Shown here: positions 1-14,440 of the stretch, piece after piece
How the letters are laid out: the number at the start of each line of letters is the position of its first letter
How positions within the stretch are numbered: the first letter of the stretch is position 1
Origin: Obrimoposthia wandeli
Lineage: Eukaryota
Assembly: GCA_977020255.1 (NCBI GenBank)
Contig: CDROCS010000268.1
Span: 124,001-188,000 of the forward strand
Direction: 5' to 3'
Length of the DNA stretch: 64,000 bases
Position numbers and translations under genes: made by a program
The notes under the pieces: generated by a model
The model's database searches: none
What the model was told of the DNA's origin: nothing
What the model saw: only the letters and a program-made list of their open reading frames with translations

Positions 1-59
1 ATTCCTATATTTATAAGTGAGGCTAAACTAGATAAAAAAACTTTTTTATAATTCCGTAT

Positions 60-1110
60 ATTTGTTATGTGTTTTAACATATTTTTTCCTAGAATTGTTG
101 AAATTCCTCTTTTTATTCCTTTCTCAAACATTTCAAACATATTCTGATCTGTAAATAAATCTAGCTCAATTTTAATTTTAAATAAACCTAAATGCTATGT
201 AGATATAGATCTAATTTAAATATTTTCTGAATTTTTCAAAGATATCAGAAAGTAAAATTACATTTTGTTTGAGATATAATAATGTATAATCTCAACGATT
301 TTGACATTCAAAAGTTTTATATGATTATACATATATTTTATGGCATTTTTTTGAAAAAGCAGATTATGTTAAAGTTGAATAAAATTTTCAATTTGAATTA
401 TTTCTGTTTCTTCATATTTGCTGAAATCCGTGAAATATTCATAATGATAAAGTCTTGTTTGTTTTAATAATTGTGTTTCATCTTCTTTATTCATTGATTT
501 GCAAAAATTCTTTCAAATAAATATTATCATCTTCATATAAAGATTTGAGTGCCCCATCTAAAGAGGATTAAAGAAAGTTTTATGAATCTACAAATTTAAA
601 AGTGTTTCGTGTGTAATTACATCAATTAAATCTATATTGCTTTCTGATAATTTTATTTGTTCAGCTAGATATTTAATTATGATAAAAATTTGAACGTTTT
701 CTATTTAAATTTTTTTTATGAGCCAGACTTCATTGTAATGGTCATCATCTATAACTTTAACATCCTCATCAGTTATCTTTATTTTCACAAAAATGACATT
801 AATTTTATTAAATTTTTTTTCTTCGGTTAATTTATATATTCATCTTTAATTTATTTTTTAAATATTTTTCCTACTAAATAATACATTGACAACAAAAAAC
901 ACAATTTTCCCCTATAAATTAAAATAAAATCTTCTAAATTTGAAAAATCTGGAACCAACTTAAAATATATACACGATGGAATTTGTTGAAATTTTATACA
1001 TTCATTTGTTATTAAAGGTTTTTGTAAATCATTAACATATACTGAATTATAATTATAAAACAGTTTCAAATATTCAGTTTTTTAAGAGTGATATCAAAAT
1101 TTGATAAATT
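60..1110 (-). pseudogene. Highly decayed Polinton protein-primed DNA polymerase B (pPolB) fragment
   Basis: Manual minus-strand translation across stops and frameshifts gives VKVIDDDHY (EndoVII-like), FKFVDS*NFL*SSLD, YEYFTDFSKYEET, IELDLFTDQNMFEMFEKGIKRGIS and KYVKTHNKY. These are collinear with LRFIDSLQFLQSSLE and ELMQDPEMYNMISSGIRGG in the 43913-41268 ORF. Confidence 0.75.
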
Positions 1111-2714
1111 GCCATCATTAAATTGAAATAAAATTTCTTCATAATCAGGTTTAAATTTAAATGAACTAACGAAATTATATATGCATTCAATATCGCCATA
1201 AATTACAAATGGTAATTTTATATTTAAATTCTGTAAAACTCAACTTAGATTGAATATGAATCTTATTTTCATTATAATTTATAATTGGAATGGTGTAATT
1301 TTCACATCTTTATATCTTTGATCCACTGAGTTATTAAAAAATACAAATTGTTTGAAATTAAGAGTTCACAAGTTTACCTTAAAATCCATGTATTAAGACA
1401 GATGGTGTTCTACCATAATTATTGCAGAATTCGTAATGTTGAATATAACTTAAGGCATAATGTGGAGTATTAAGTATTAAACTGGCACTGTTTCTAAGTT
1501 ATTGCCTGGTAACTGTCGTGTCTTGCGGAAACATGACCCCTTCCTCTGTTGCTGATATGCAAATTAATGCCTGGAGTATAATTTTGTGTCTGAATATGAA
1601 CTGATCTATGCTTATTGTTTGTTCAATTATTTGTTTTATCATCAATTTGTATTAACTGAACTGTTATTAGTTGTATTATTCTGCGAAAATGTTCACTGAG
1701 TACATATTTTCAAAATAACACATGTTACACGATTTTTTTAAAATATGGGTTGGGTGGCTGTATTAAGTATATATAAATGATAAGGTAACTTCTTATAATC
1801 TATGTATTGTAAATGAAATATGTTTGGCTTATCTTTATGAAGATTTCAAAATGGAGATTTGGAATTTTAGCACAATTTGACATTTAAGGCTTTGACATTC
1901 ATAATATTGAAATTGCTGCATTCACACTCAAAAGTATATTATTTTGTATCTTTATCAACACATTGTGGGAAATTCGTTGATATGGATGATGCCATGTGTT
2001 GATCTTGTGTGGAGTATCGTTTTGACCATGGATTTATTTAAAAATATGGAAATGAACAAAACTGACACAACAAACTCCAACAAATGTACACATAGATTAT
2101 CAACAATTATCAAAATATTTGTTACAATTTATAGTCCACTATATATTATACTATTCAGTTTTAAGTCATAACTGCGTTTCAATCTGATGTAGAATGGTTT
2201 TATAATGGCAAAGTGATGATCAAAGACGAATTTCTAAAAATATTGAATAATTTCATAAAAGTAGAAACAGTTTTTGATTTTAAAAATTGTAACAATTATG
2301 AAAATATTCTACTATTTCATGTTGCTATATGACTATTGTGGAAGTTGACTAAATTCATATTTTAAACATTAAAAAATGACCATTTTTCAGTCCATTTTTC
2401 ACAAAATTGAATTTCTAAAATTGAAACCATTCTAGGAATATTTTAATCTGAATAAAGAGGTAACTGAAAAACTCAATCTCAATGACTGTTCTACAATTTG
2501 GGTTTTGCAGAAGTTGCATTTCGGATTTCAAAACGTCACAATTTGAAGTTAAAATCCTTAAAAATGTTATTTTTGTAGTTTTTTTTTGGAATTTTCACGT
2601 TTTTTCATTTTTATGTTGTATATAAAGAGAAAAAAGTATAGCTACCAACTACAAATTACAGAAATATACGTGCATTTAAAAAAATATTAAATACGTATAA
2701 GCCACATTTTTTAA

Positions 2715-3400
2715 CACCAAACGATTCGTCTCAATTGGATGAGAATGAATATGTAAGTTACTTTTATAAACTTCAAATATTCATTGAGAAATCTTGAGAA
2801 ATAATAAAACTATAGAAATTATACTCGATTTTAATATTTCCTGTAATATCCATCTGTTATAATCTAAACTAATTTCAAAAGATTCGTATTAGCAAACCAA
2901 ATAAGAATATGTATATAACATACATTGATTCATAATATTCTCCGAGTAATTCGAGAGAACGTTATTTATAATTAAATAATATCGGTTTTCAGTACCCTCT
3001 TTGGAGCCTTCTATAGACAGATATAATCAAATTTATGTTTCAAATGACCTCCTTCATATAGTAAAAGGAATTATCTATCTCGTGTTAAAATATCATATAT
3101 GACCGAATTGTATATCTTGAGCTAGATGAATTTGTAAAAAGTGAGAAAAAAACATGAAAATGCAGTTAATTAATTTTATCAATATTTTATTGTATACATT
3201 ATTAATAAAATTCAATTTTGCTAAATATTGTAATTTAGCTCGAATATTATCGAAAGTAGCACCAAACGATTCAATTAGATGAGAATGAATATGTGCGTTT
3301 CTCTTATAAACTCTAAGTATTCATAGAGAAATTCGAGACATAGATATTTTTTTATACTATAGAAATTATTCTAAATTTTAAAATTTCCTGTAATATCCAA
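2715..3400 (+). repeat. Two diverged ~140-bp direct repeats (about 2715-2855 and 3260-3400), repeated again in copy 2
   Basis: Both begin caccaaacgattc...gatgagaatgaatatgt and end tttcctgtaatatcca. Confidence 0.8.
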
Positions 3401-4312
3401 AGGTCTACAGGGTTATATACACTTCCATTTTGATAAAGGCTTTACTATTTTTTCGTTCCTCAATCCTGTCAGTTGATTCTTTTACTGGATATATTATGTT
3501 TAATCATCGCAATATTTGTGTTCAGCTTATTTTTACTATGCATGTTTATTGATGTTACATTAATGTATTCCAGAAAGTTATTCTTATGACTTTATAGTAA
3601 CTCAGTGTAATCGCTATTAAAATAGATATATGCTCAAAAATATTTCATTTGTTGAATAAACATGGGACCAAAATGTATATGAAAACCACTGCTTCGAATA
3701 TGTGTAGGTATTACGTAAAAGGGACTCAAATCATTCCATTTAATGCGCAAGTACTAAATAGATGGTCCATTGTGTGTTTCAAAAATGTACTATTTTATTA
3801 TACAATGTGATATTTATATAGTAATACAACTTTGAATAGCTATAAATTGTTTTTGTTCTAACGCATAAATTGTTTTCTACACATAGTTCGTTTTTATTCT
3901 AAATCCTTAATTTTTAATAAGTATGCAAAAATTCTTTATATGAAAGAATAAAGATTATAAAAATTATATAAAGTATTTTCTCTACTAATCATCGAACCTG
4001 AAAATTGACAACAATTCGATTTATCAGAGTAACAAGGAATTCTGCTCTTAGATTATTTCTATTTTATTTAAGAAATGGATGACATTTTAGATAAGGAGCA
4101 ATCGTTTATTTCAAACACAGATAAACGATTATTGGGCACCTGTTTTTATCATAATTGATTTTGGTGTGATGAGGTATTCAGATTTTTCCCTATATATAAT
4201 TAAAAATGTTTCAAATCTTGTTTCATAACATAAATGCCAAAAAATCATAAATCAAAACATTAATTATAAAACTTAAATGTTATGTAAAAAAAGTTAAATA
4301 AGTAAAACGGCA

Positions 4313-4537
4313 TTAATTCATTGTTAGTTTTGAGCCACCTACAACAAACTTTGGAAATATGTCCAATAAAAAATTTCTAAGTGTCTGCTGCACCCAAGAA
4401 ATGAGGAAGATACCTATAATACACACATACATCTCTATATCCTCCATGGGAGTTGAGAGGGAAAATATTTCAAAATAATGTTCACAAACAACACGACATT
4501 CTGAATTATTTTCTTTGATTTTTCTCCTCAAAAACAT
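4313..4537 (-). pseudogene. Possible PIF/Harbinger transposase C-terminal relic
   Basis: NSECRVVCEHYFE...TLRNFLL resembles the R-x-x-x-E-x-x-FG ... L-x-NF pattern of Harbinger DDE nucleases. Weak match. Confidence 0.3.
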
Positions 4538-4599
4538 TTAATATTTTTCTTTTAAATGAGTGATTATAATTCCTATATTTATAAGTGAGGCTAAACTAG

Positions 4600-5680
4600 A
4601 TAAAAAAACTTTTTTATAATTCCGTATATTTGTTATGTGTTTTAACATATTTTTTCCTAGAATTGTTGAAATTCCTCTTTTTATTCCTTTCTCAAACATT
4701 TCAAACATATTCTGATCTGTAAATAAATCTAGCTCAATTTTAATTTTAAATAAACCTAAATGCTATGTAGATATAGATCTAATTTAAATATTTTCTGAAT
4801 TTTTCAAAGATATCAGAAAGTAAAATTACATTTTGTTTGAGATATAATAATGTATAATCTCAACGATTTTGACATTCAAAAGTTTTATATGATTATACAT
4901 ATATTTTATGGCATTTTTTTGAAAAAGCAGATTATGTTAAAGTTGAATAAAATTTTCAATTTGAATTATTTCTGTTTCTTCATATTTGCTGAAATCCGTG
5001 AAATATTCATAATGATAAAGTCTTGTTTGTTTTAATAATTGTGTTTCATCTTCTTTATTCATTGATTTGCAAAAATTCTTTCAAATAAATATTATCATCT
5101 TCATATAAAGATTTAGATGCCCCATCTAAAGAGGATTAAAGAAAGTTTTATGAATCTACAAATTTAAAAGTGTTTCGTGTGTAATTACATCAATTAAATC
5201 TATATTTCTTTCTGATAATTTTATTTGTTCAGCTAGATATTTAATTATGATAAAAATTTGAACGTTTTCTATTTAAATTTTTTTTATGAGCCAGACTTCA
5301 TTGTAATGGTCATCATCTATAACTTTAACATCCTCATCAGTTATCTTTATTTTCACAAAAATGACATTAATTTTATTAAATTTTTTTTCTTCGGTTAATT
5401 TATATATTCATCTTTAATTTATTTTTTAAATATTTTTCCTACTAAATAATACATTGACAACAAAAAACACAATTTTCCCCTATAAATTAAAATAAAATCT
5501 TCTAAATTTGAAAAATCTGGAACCAACTTAAAATATATACACGATGGAATTTGTTGAAATTTTATACATTCATTTGTTATTAAAGGTTTTTGTAAATCAT
5601 TAACATATACTGAATTATAATTATAAAACAGTTTCAAATATTCAGTTTTTTAAGAGTGATATCAAAATTTGATAAATTGC
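4600..5680 (-). pseudogene. Duplicate of the decayed pPolB fragment
   Basis: Same sequence as 60-1110 within duplication copy 2. Confidence 0.75.
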
Positions 5681-6270
5681 CATCATTAAATTGAAATAAA
5701 ATTTCTTCATAATCAGGTTTAAATTTAAATGAACTAACGAAATTATATATGCATTCAATATCGCCATAAATTACAAATGGTAATTTTATATTTAAATTCT
5801 GTAAAACTCAACTTAGATTGAATATGAATCTTATTTTCATTATAATTTATAATTGGAATGGTGTAATTTTCACATCTTTATATCTTTGATCCACTGAGTT
5901 ATTAAAAAATACAAATTGTTTGAAATTAAGAGTTCACAAGTTTACCTTAAAATCCATGTATTAAGACAGATGGTGTTCTACCATAATTATTGCAGAATTC
6001 GTAATGTTGAATATAACTTAAGGCATAATGTGGAGTATTAAGTATTAAACTGGCACTGTTTCTAAGTTATTGCCTGGTAACTGTCGTGTCTTGCGGAAAC
6101 ATGACCCCTTCCTCTGTTGCTGATATGCAAATTAATGCCTGGAGTATAATTTTGTGTCTGAATATGAACTGATCTATGCTTATTGTTTGTTCAATTATTT
6201 GTTTTATCATCAATTTGTATTAACTGAACTGTTATTAGTTGTATTATTCTGCGAAAATGTTCACTGAGTA

Positions 6271-6474
6271 CAGTCAGACCTCTACATAACGAACACTCTA
6301 CATAACGAACACTTTTTTTTTAACGAACGGTAAACCAAAATTCCCTGGATTTTTATTGCTTTTTTGAACTTTACATGGATTTATAAATAAAAGTTTATTA
6401 AATTGTTCGTTCCTTTTTTTAACGAACATGGAATTTTTTGAAAAGTTGGTGTTCGTTATGTAGAGGTCTGACTG
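6271..6474. mobile_element. 204-bp pogo/Tc1-mariner-type MITE
   Basis: Perfect 26-bp TIR cagtcagacctctacataacgaacac / gtgttcgttatgtagaggtctgactg. TA TSD at 6269-6270 and 6475-6476. The empty site (gagTAcatatttt) is seen in duplication copy 1 at ~1700. Confidence 0.97.
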
Positions 6475-8989
6475 TACATATTTTCAAAATAACACATGTT
6501 ACACGATTTTTTTAAAATATGGGTTGGGTGGCTGTATTAAGTATATATAAATGATAAGGTAACTTCTTATAATCTATGTATTGTAAATGAAATATGTTTG
6601 GCTTATCTTTATGAAGATTTCAAAATGGAGATTTGGAATTTTAGCACAATTTGACATTTTAGGCTTTGACATTCATAATATTGAAATTGCTGCATTCACA
6701 CTCAAAAGTATATTATTTTGTATCTTTATCAACACATTGTGGGAAATTCGTTGATATGGATGGTGCCATGTGTTGATCTTGTGTGGAGTATCGTTTTGAC
6801 CATGGATTTATTTAAAAATATGGAAATGAACAAAACTGACACAACAAACTCCAACAAATGTACACATAGATTATCAACAATTATCAAAATATTTGTTACA
6901 ATTTATAGTCCACTATATATTATACTATTCAGTTTTAAGTCATAACTGCGTTTCAATCTGATGTAGAATGGTTTTATAATGGCAAAGTGATGATCAAAGA
7001 CAAATTTCTAAAAATATTGAATAATTTCATAAAAGTAGAAACAGTTTTTGATTTTAAAAATTGTAACAATTATGAAAATATTCTACTATTTCATGTTGCT
7101 ATATGACTATTGTGGAAGTTGACTAAATTCATATTTTAAACATTAAAAAATGACCATTTTTCAGTCCATTTTTCACAAAATTGAATTTCTAAAATTGAAA
7201 CCATTCTAGGAATATTTTAATCTGAATAAAGAGGTAACTGAAAAACTCAATCTCAATGACTGTTCTACAATTTGGGTTTTGCAGAAGTTGCATTTCGGAT
7301 TTCAAAACGTCACAATTTGAAGTTAAAATCCTTAAAAATGTTATTTTTGTAGTTTTTTTTTGGAATTTTCACGTTTTTTCATTTTTATGTTGTATATAAA
7401 GAGAAAAAAGTATAGCTACCAACTACAAATTACAGAAATATACGTGCATTTAAAAAAATATTAAATACGTATAAGCCACATTTTTTAACACCAAACGATT
7501 CGTCTCAATTGGATGAGAATGAATATGTAAGTTACTTTTATAAACTTCAAATATTCATTGAGAAATCTTGAGAAATAATAAAACTATAGAAATTATACTC
7601 GATTTTAATATTTCCTGTAATATCCATCTGTTATAATCTAAACTAATTTCAAAAGATTCGTATTAGCAAACCAAATAAGAATATGTATATAACATACATT
7701 GATTCATAATATTCTCCGAGTAATTCGAGAGAACGTTATTTATAATTAAATAATATCGGTTTTCAGTACCCTCTTTGGAGCCTTCTATAGACAGATATAA
7801 TCAAATTTATGTTTCAAATGACCTCCTTCATATAGTAAAAGGAATTATCTATCTCGTGTTAAAATATCATATATGACCGAATTGTATATCTTGAGCTAGA
7901 TGAATTTGTAAAAAGTGAGAAAAAAACATGAAAATGCAGTTAATTAATTTTATCAATATTTTATTGTATACATTATTAATAAAATTCAATTTTGCTAAAT
8001 ATTGTAATTTAGCTCGAATATTATCGAAAGTAGCACCAAACGATTCAATTAGATGAGAATGAATATGTGCGTTTCTCTTATAAACTCTAAGTATTCATAG
8101 AGAAATTCGAGACATAGATATTTTTTTATACTATAGAAATTATTCTAAATTTTAAAATTTCCTGTAATATCCAAAGGTCTACAGGGTTATATACACTTCC
8201 ATTTTGATAAAGGCTTTACTATTTTTTCGTTCCTCAATCCTGTCAGTTGATTCTTTTACTGGATATATTATGTTTAATCATCGCAATATTTGTGTTCAGC
8301 TTATTTTTACTATGCATGTTTATTGATGTTACATTAATGTATTCCAGAAAGTTATTCTTATGACTTTATAGTAACTCAGTGTAATCGCTATTAAAATAGA
8401 TATATGCTCAAAAATATTTCATTTGTTGAATAAACATGGGACCAAAATGTATATGAAAACCACTGCTTCGAATATGTGTAGGTATTACGTAAAAGGGACT
8501 CAAATCATTCCATTTTATGCGCAAGTACTAAATAGATGGTCCATTGTGTGTTTCAAAAATGTACTATTTTATTATACAATGTGATATTTATATAGTAATA
8601 CAACTTTGAATAGCTATAAATTGTTTTTGTTCTAACGCATAAATTGTTTTCTACACATAGTTCGTTTTTATTCTAAATCCTTAATTTTTAATAAGTATGC
8701 AAAAATTCTTTATATGAAAGAATAAAGATTATAAAAATTATATAAATTATTTTCTCTACTAATCATCGAACCTGAAAATTGACAACAATTCCATTTATCA
8801 GAGTAACAAGGAATTTAGTATTTAATAAGTTTTTATTAACTAGAAATTTATGAGATCTGCTATATCGGGTCAGCCAGTTTGAAAAGGTGGGCATAGATAG
8901 AAGGAGAAATTTTAAAATGTGTTAAATGAAATCCTAACACATCCTGAAATCCCTTCGAAGAATGTCACTTCAGCTAAATTCATCCTACA

Positions 8990-9470
8990 ACACAATCACA
9001 CAGAATATAATTGAATGTAAGTTCAAGCCATCCATACCTCGTTTAAGGCAACAGCTATTTGAATACGATTTTGATCGAAGAACCGAATTTTGTTAAGCAT
9101 TCTATGAAATATTGGTTGATATTGAAAATTGACCAAAGCCAATCTATTGGAGTGGTGAAGCTAAATTCCATGTGAATGGATCTTTACTGTCATAATTCGG
9201 TTTATTGTGTAAAGAAAATCCCCATATTAATAATAGGCAGTCGGTTAACTCACCTGAAGTATTGGTTTGGGTACTATTTCTTTTAGTGGAGTTTTGTGTC
9301 TTTCTTTTTTGATAAGACTATAAATGGTAAATCATATTTAATCGTGATTCAAAAGTATTTTACCAAACAATTCCAACATGTACTTCATACAAGATGGAGC
9401 ACTAGCTCACTATTCAACAGTTGTACGTCATTTTCTAGATTACTATTTACCTGGTAGATGGTTGCTTAGA
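8990..9470 (+). pseudogene. Degenerate Tc1/mariner transposase
   Basis: Manual translation gives IYWSGEAKFHVNGS, KENPH, SVNSPEVLVW and YFIQDGALAHYSTVVRHFLDYYLPGRW, with stops and frameshifts. Confidence 0.85.
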
Positions 9471-10094
9471 TGTAATGGCTGATATTCAATTTACCAACCG
9501 TGGAATTAACATTGACCGAGTTTACCGTGATAAAAAGCAAAAAGAGAAATAGTGGATAAACCCAACTGAAAACATTGCACTGACATATCAGTGAACACTT
9601 CTGAAATTAATTGGTCAGTTTGATTATCTAATTCTCCGTTATCGTCGTTTGGGAACGTGCCGAATTACTGGATTAAAATCCACAACATTAATTAGGCTTT
9701 TTGGTAAAGATACCTTAAAACCGCAACAAGTGCAATCGTTAAACAATTAATTTTTCAAGAAAATGTCACACATGATAAAATAAAGTACAATAAATAACAC
9801 CTAAGATACCTGACTATAGGTTGTTCCAATATACTTTTGTAAATATACTTAAAGTAAAGAAATATGAAGAAATTTTGGAAATATTTGAATCATTTAAAAG
9901 GAACTGAACTGAATTCGCACAAAAACCTATTATAATTGATGACATTGTCTCGGATTTTAATACTTAAATGCAGTGTTTCTCATAGTTTAACGCTTGGTCC
10001 AATCCTGTTTTTGATTTTTACTTTGTTAATCTTAACGATTATTCAGAAATATAGGGTGCATCTTTTTATTTTCAAAATTATCTACTAGTGAATA

Positions 10095-10490
10095 TTTCAG
10101 CTTATCTATTAAATCGCTTGCAAAACAATTTAAACAAATTATATTCAAATTAAAGAAAAGTGAAGTTCGAGTGAACATTTAATGAAACTCCATTGGCTAC
10201 CGATCAATGTCATAATTAAATTCAAGATCCTACTTATTATCAAAAATATATTATATCACAAAAGTCCAAATTTTTATTTGCTCTATTCGAACTTCAGAAA
10301 GTAAATATGTACATGCATCTTAAGACCAATGAAACATTTTCAAATAACAATCAGAGAGATGAGATATTTGAAATTTATTCTCCTAATCTTTACAACAATC
10401 TACCAATGAATACAAGAAACTGTAACAATGTTGAAAATATCAAGGAGCATCTGAGGACTTTACTATTCAGAAATACTTTTGAAGAATAAT
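10095..10490 (+). pseudogene. 3-prime relic of a non-LTR retrotransposon (L2/CR1-like ORF2 C-terminus)
   Basis: LNRLQ..., KLHWLPINVIIKFKILL and PNLYNNLPMNTRNCNNVENIKEHLRTLLF match the LHWLP / WNSLP...FK..LKT.LF tail of LINE ORF2. Confidence 0.75.
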
Positions 10491-13400
10491 ATTTACATTG
10501 TAAAGTAGGAAGCATTTTTGAGTCATACATCTAAGATTACATACATTATTATTATTGTAAAAAAAAGTTAAAAAACTGCTCTTTTCCAAATATTGAATTA
10601 AAATCTGTGGAGAGAATCAAATTCTAGGATTTCAATTACGACATCACAGTCATTAGTAATTAATATTTCCATCATGGTTGTTTGCAGAAAACATTAGAGT
10701 AGTCAGGAGATGTTAATTAGTCATTGACAACTGTCACAAATACAAACATGAGTCTCCCATTGCCAGAAAAATAGAGCAGTACTGGACCAAGTTTTCTATC
10801 TGCTACGGTGATAGAATATCAAAACTCTTGGAGCATCTAAAAGAGCGTAAAATGAACTAAGTCAAACTGAGAGAGATGCGAAAATATTGATAAAAAGACT
10901 TCTTCAAATTAGGGCTGAAAATTAATTGATAATATTTTATAAATATTTCAAAATTTAATAATTCGTTTTGAAGATAAGACAAATTTGTTTGGGATATTTA
11001 CACAGGATTTGGTAAAAGTATTTAATTTTCAAAAATATGATTACGAGTACCATGTCATGTATTAAAATAAAAAATGATTGATATTTTCTCGACATGTATC
11101 TGTGATAAAGTGTTTGTTTTTATTTTTATTAAAATATGAATATTTTAATCAGGAGATATGAGAAGAAACTAAAGAGAAAAAAGAAGATTGAGGAAGTAAA
11201 TTCAAAATTGATATTAAACGGCAAACAAAGAAAACAAACAACGCTTGGTTCCGTTATTACGCCATCCTGGCTTAAAGAACACTTGAAGAACACACGTTTT
11301 TGTTTTGTTCGACACTTGTAAGCAACTGTCCTCGTAAGCAACTGTATTTTGTGGGTTTCACAGCGGCATCCTTACCTACATCCTTACAATATATACATTT
11401 TCGTTTTTCTATTTATCCTTCTCCTTTTCGTTCTTTACTATTCTTTTTCCATCTCTTCTACTCTCGATACTGTTATAGGAGAGCGAATTAGAATGGATAA
11501 AGGAATTTCAAAATTTAGTTTAAATGCATATTACGCAACTACACCAGAAATTAGCTAAATTTCTCAGCTTTACTTCGAATAACTTTTGACATTTTTTCAA
11601 ATATATTACTGTGTTCCTTCGAATATATTTCATTATTTTTATAATCCTGTGCAATTGCAAAAAATTGGTAAAATTTACCACTGCAGGCTTTGAAAGTAAT
11701 AAGTAGTTGTTTGACAACATGATTGGTTCTTATCTTCAATGAGAACGAAAGGAATACAAAATCTGTAAACGTCATTACTAGTTTATTCTAGCCTCAATAC
11801 ATAATATTAGTTTTATTTTTCGTCTTATATTGTTGTTTTTTCTATTTATGTGAAAATATTCAAATACTTCAACTACTATTATTTACAGCAGATTTTACTC
11901 TTTCAACTAATGTTATTATTGCTGGTCCGCTTTTATCAGACGAAACTTAATAAATTCTAAAAAACAATCTATAATAAATTATACGAAGTACTAAAAAGCT
12001 TGGAAAATAATTATTTGTTCGAATATATATGAGAATATGGGATATATATATAAGAATAAATTTTTTTTTGTTAAGACACCGAAAGAGGACGTCTAGCTGA
12101 CTTTTTATAAAAAAGACAAAATTTAATAATAGTATGTTTAAAATATCTCATATTAAATTTCGAATCAACATATACTTTTCTTTCTGATCGTTATGTAGAT
12201 TCGAAATGTAGAATAGCACAAGTAGACTCTGGGAAGGAGACCATATGCACTTCTGGATGTAAATGTTGTTAGATAGTTGAGCTCAGAGAGTGGTTCTTGC
12301 TATCGAGTTATTCCACTAAGTGTCATGTCGATGAAAATTCAGGTGGTTGTGAAGCTCTTTAATGAATAAATAAACATTTGTATTTGAGGTTTCATATTTA
12401 CTCTACGAAAAATTTTATCAAGATTTTTTATATAGCTATAAGGGTGAGTGAGCTATGGAAAATGAAAGATGGCAACATGTTGGCCTCAAAATATCGGGAA
12501 GTCGTAATTGCGCAGCCTGTTTTTATTTACAGAAAATATCAGAAGATACAATTAATGTACACTAAACTAGCGTGTATAGTTTACAGATTAAAGGCATAAG
12601 TGACTCTTCTGAAAAAAACATTGTTTGTGAACAATACGCAGTTTTAGGATTAGAAAATTGAAACTATAAAAGTCTAAAAATTCTAAACTAATTTATTTTT
12701 TAATTTCTTAATAATTTTAATCAGAAAATTTTAGAGATTATGCAATCAAGGATAAAAAAGTCTAGATTCTGTTTAGTATTATTTTTTACTTTCAAAGTTG
12801 AACAGTAATTATTAAATCTTTTAAACTTTTAATGAAGATGGGAATTTTTAAATTTTAAAGACTAGAAATTTTATTTAAAGATTGGTATACCGACTGTGAT
12901 TTATCAACGGCTTCAGTAAAAAGGGAATAATCTCTTAGGTTTTTTGAATATTGAAATGAAAAATTTTAAACAAAGACAATTTTTTATAAGAGCTCATTTT
13001 TATCATTCATTTCTGCTAAGTCAGAAGAAAAAAATTTTTCAATGATTTTAAATAGTTAAAATTTCAAACGAAACTGATTTTGAAAGTATTATTTTTTACA
13101 ATTATGTTTGTAGATAATATTATTAAATAAGTTACATCATTTTTTCATATAAATAAAACTAAAGTAATAGTATTAAGGCGTTTGAATTATTTTGAAGTTC
13201 AAATACATTTTTGTAACATTTGTTTTTTAGTAATTATTATCTTTTTAAATATTTGTTTATGTTCAAATTTAACATTATATTTAACATATTTAGAATTACG
13301 TTTAAAAATAACTTACGTAAGCATATAATTTGAAATATTACAAACTTAAAACAAGAATTTTAATAAATTTTTCCTCACTTTATGGTTTTAGAAAAAAAAG

Positions 13401-13867
13401 AGTAATATTATATGTATGAGTTCAACGAAATAAATTTAGCAGACATTTGTCATAAATTTAATATTATAATAATTGAGTTTGAGGGATAACTATTGGAATT
13501 ATTCCCTTGTAAGCCTACATTTTCTGTACTAATTTTTTCTAATTGATTTTTCCACATATGTACTTCTGAAATATTTAGCTGTCGGAGAAAATAAATATCT
13601 GAAAATCCATTCTAAATAAAAATCTCTACAAACTCCCTGGCCAATGAAAACTTGAGCTTCTTCAACTCTAAGAACTAATAGGACAACTGTGAACAAGCCT
13701 TCTATTTAAGAAGCTCCCAACGAAGTGCCATACACAATTAGAATCTCCTAAAACTAAACTCCGTGACTCAAATGACCTACAAAGCTCGGTTGTCTTATGG
13801 TGAGTTTGTTATAATATGCATAATAAATAATTTTGAAATACTTCATTTTTAATACCATGTAATGATT

Positions 13868-14440
13868 TAGATTTTTATCCCCACACACATCGGTATTTTG
13901 CGTTTCTAAACAAAATATTTCAAAATAATTATTTCCCATAGTTAAATAAATTTATATTTTCAGTTTTTTTAAAAACAACAAATTCTAAAATACAACTTAA
14001 ATTAATATTTTATATTTTTTATTTATTATATTATATTTACTTTAGAATAAAACATTTTCTTTAAACGTAAATTATTTAAATTTAGCAATTTATTTTTATA
14101 TTATTTTTTAATATTAACTTAAACAAAATTAAATTGCAATAGTATACTATCTTTTTTAAACAACAAATAGGAAAATTTATGCGGACTCTTTTATCTAATG
14201 TATTTTAGATAGTTATTAGCTAATTATATTAAAAATTTATGCGGACTCTTTTATCTAATGTATTTTAGATAGTTATTAGCTAATTATATTAAAAATTTAT
14301 TCTAAAAAGAATGATAAAGGAATTTGAAATACTTTATTTTTATTACAACTTTTATTTTTATCCTCAAACACACTTCGGTATTTTGCTTTTATAAACAAAA
14401 TATTACATACTAATTTTCTACCATAGTTAAAATAATTTTA
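13868..14440 (+). repeat. Diverged ~85-bp direct repeats (~13870 and ~14355), a 60-bp tandem repeat (14172-14300) and an adjacent 30-bp duplication (14472-14525)
   Basis: The unit aaaatttatgcggactcttttatctaatg...attatatta occurs twice at period 60. caaaactttcccaagattaattt occurs twice at period 30. Confidence 0.85.

Larger units (their letters stand above)
1..4041. repeat. Copy 1 of a near-identical direct segmental duplication (period 4568 bp)
   Basis: The sequence at 1 recurs at 4569 (attcctatatttataagtgagg). The ORF track repeats at offsets 4568 and then 4774. The copies diverge after ...gagtaacaaggaatt (4041 vs 8815). Only about ten substitutions seen by eye. Confidence 0.95.
4569..8815. 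repeat. Copy 2 of the segmental duplication, carrying an extra 206-bp MITE insertion
   Basis: Matches 1-4041 apart from the insertion at 6271-6476 and scattered substitutions. Confidence 0.95.

Noticed and set aside
2715-3292. Duplicated micro-exons ending gaatat|gtaagt and gaatat|gtgcgt
   Set aside because: Lengths differ (38 vs 33 nt), the first lacks an AG acceptor, and no consistent gene model could be built.
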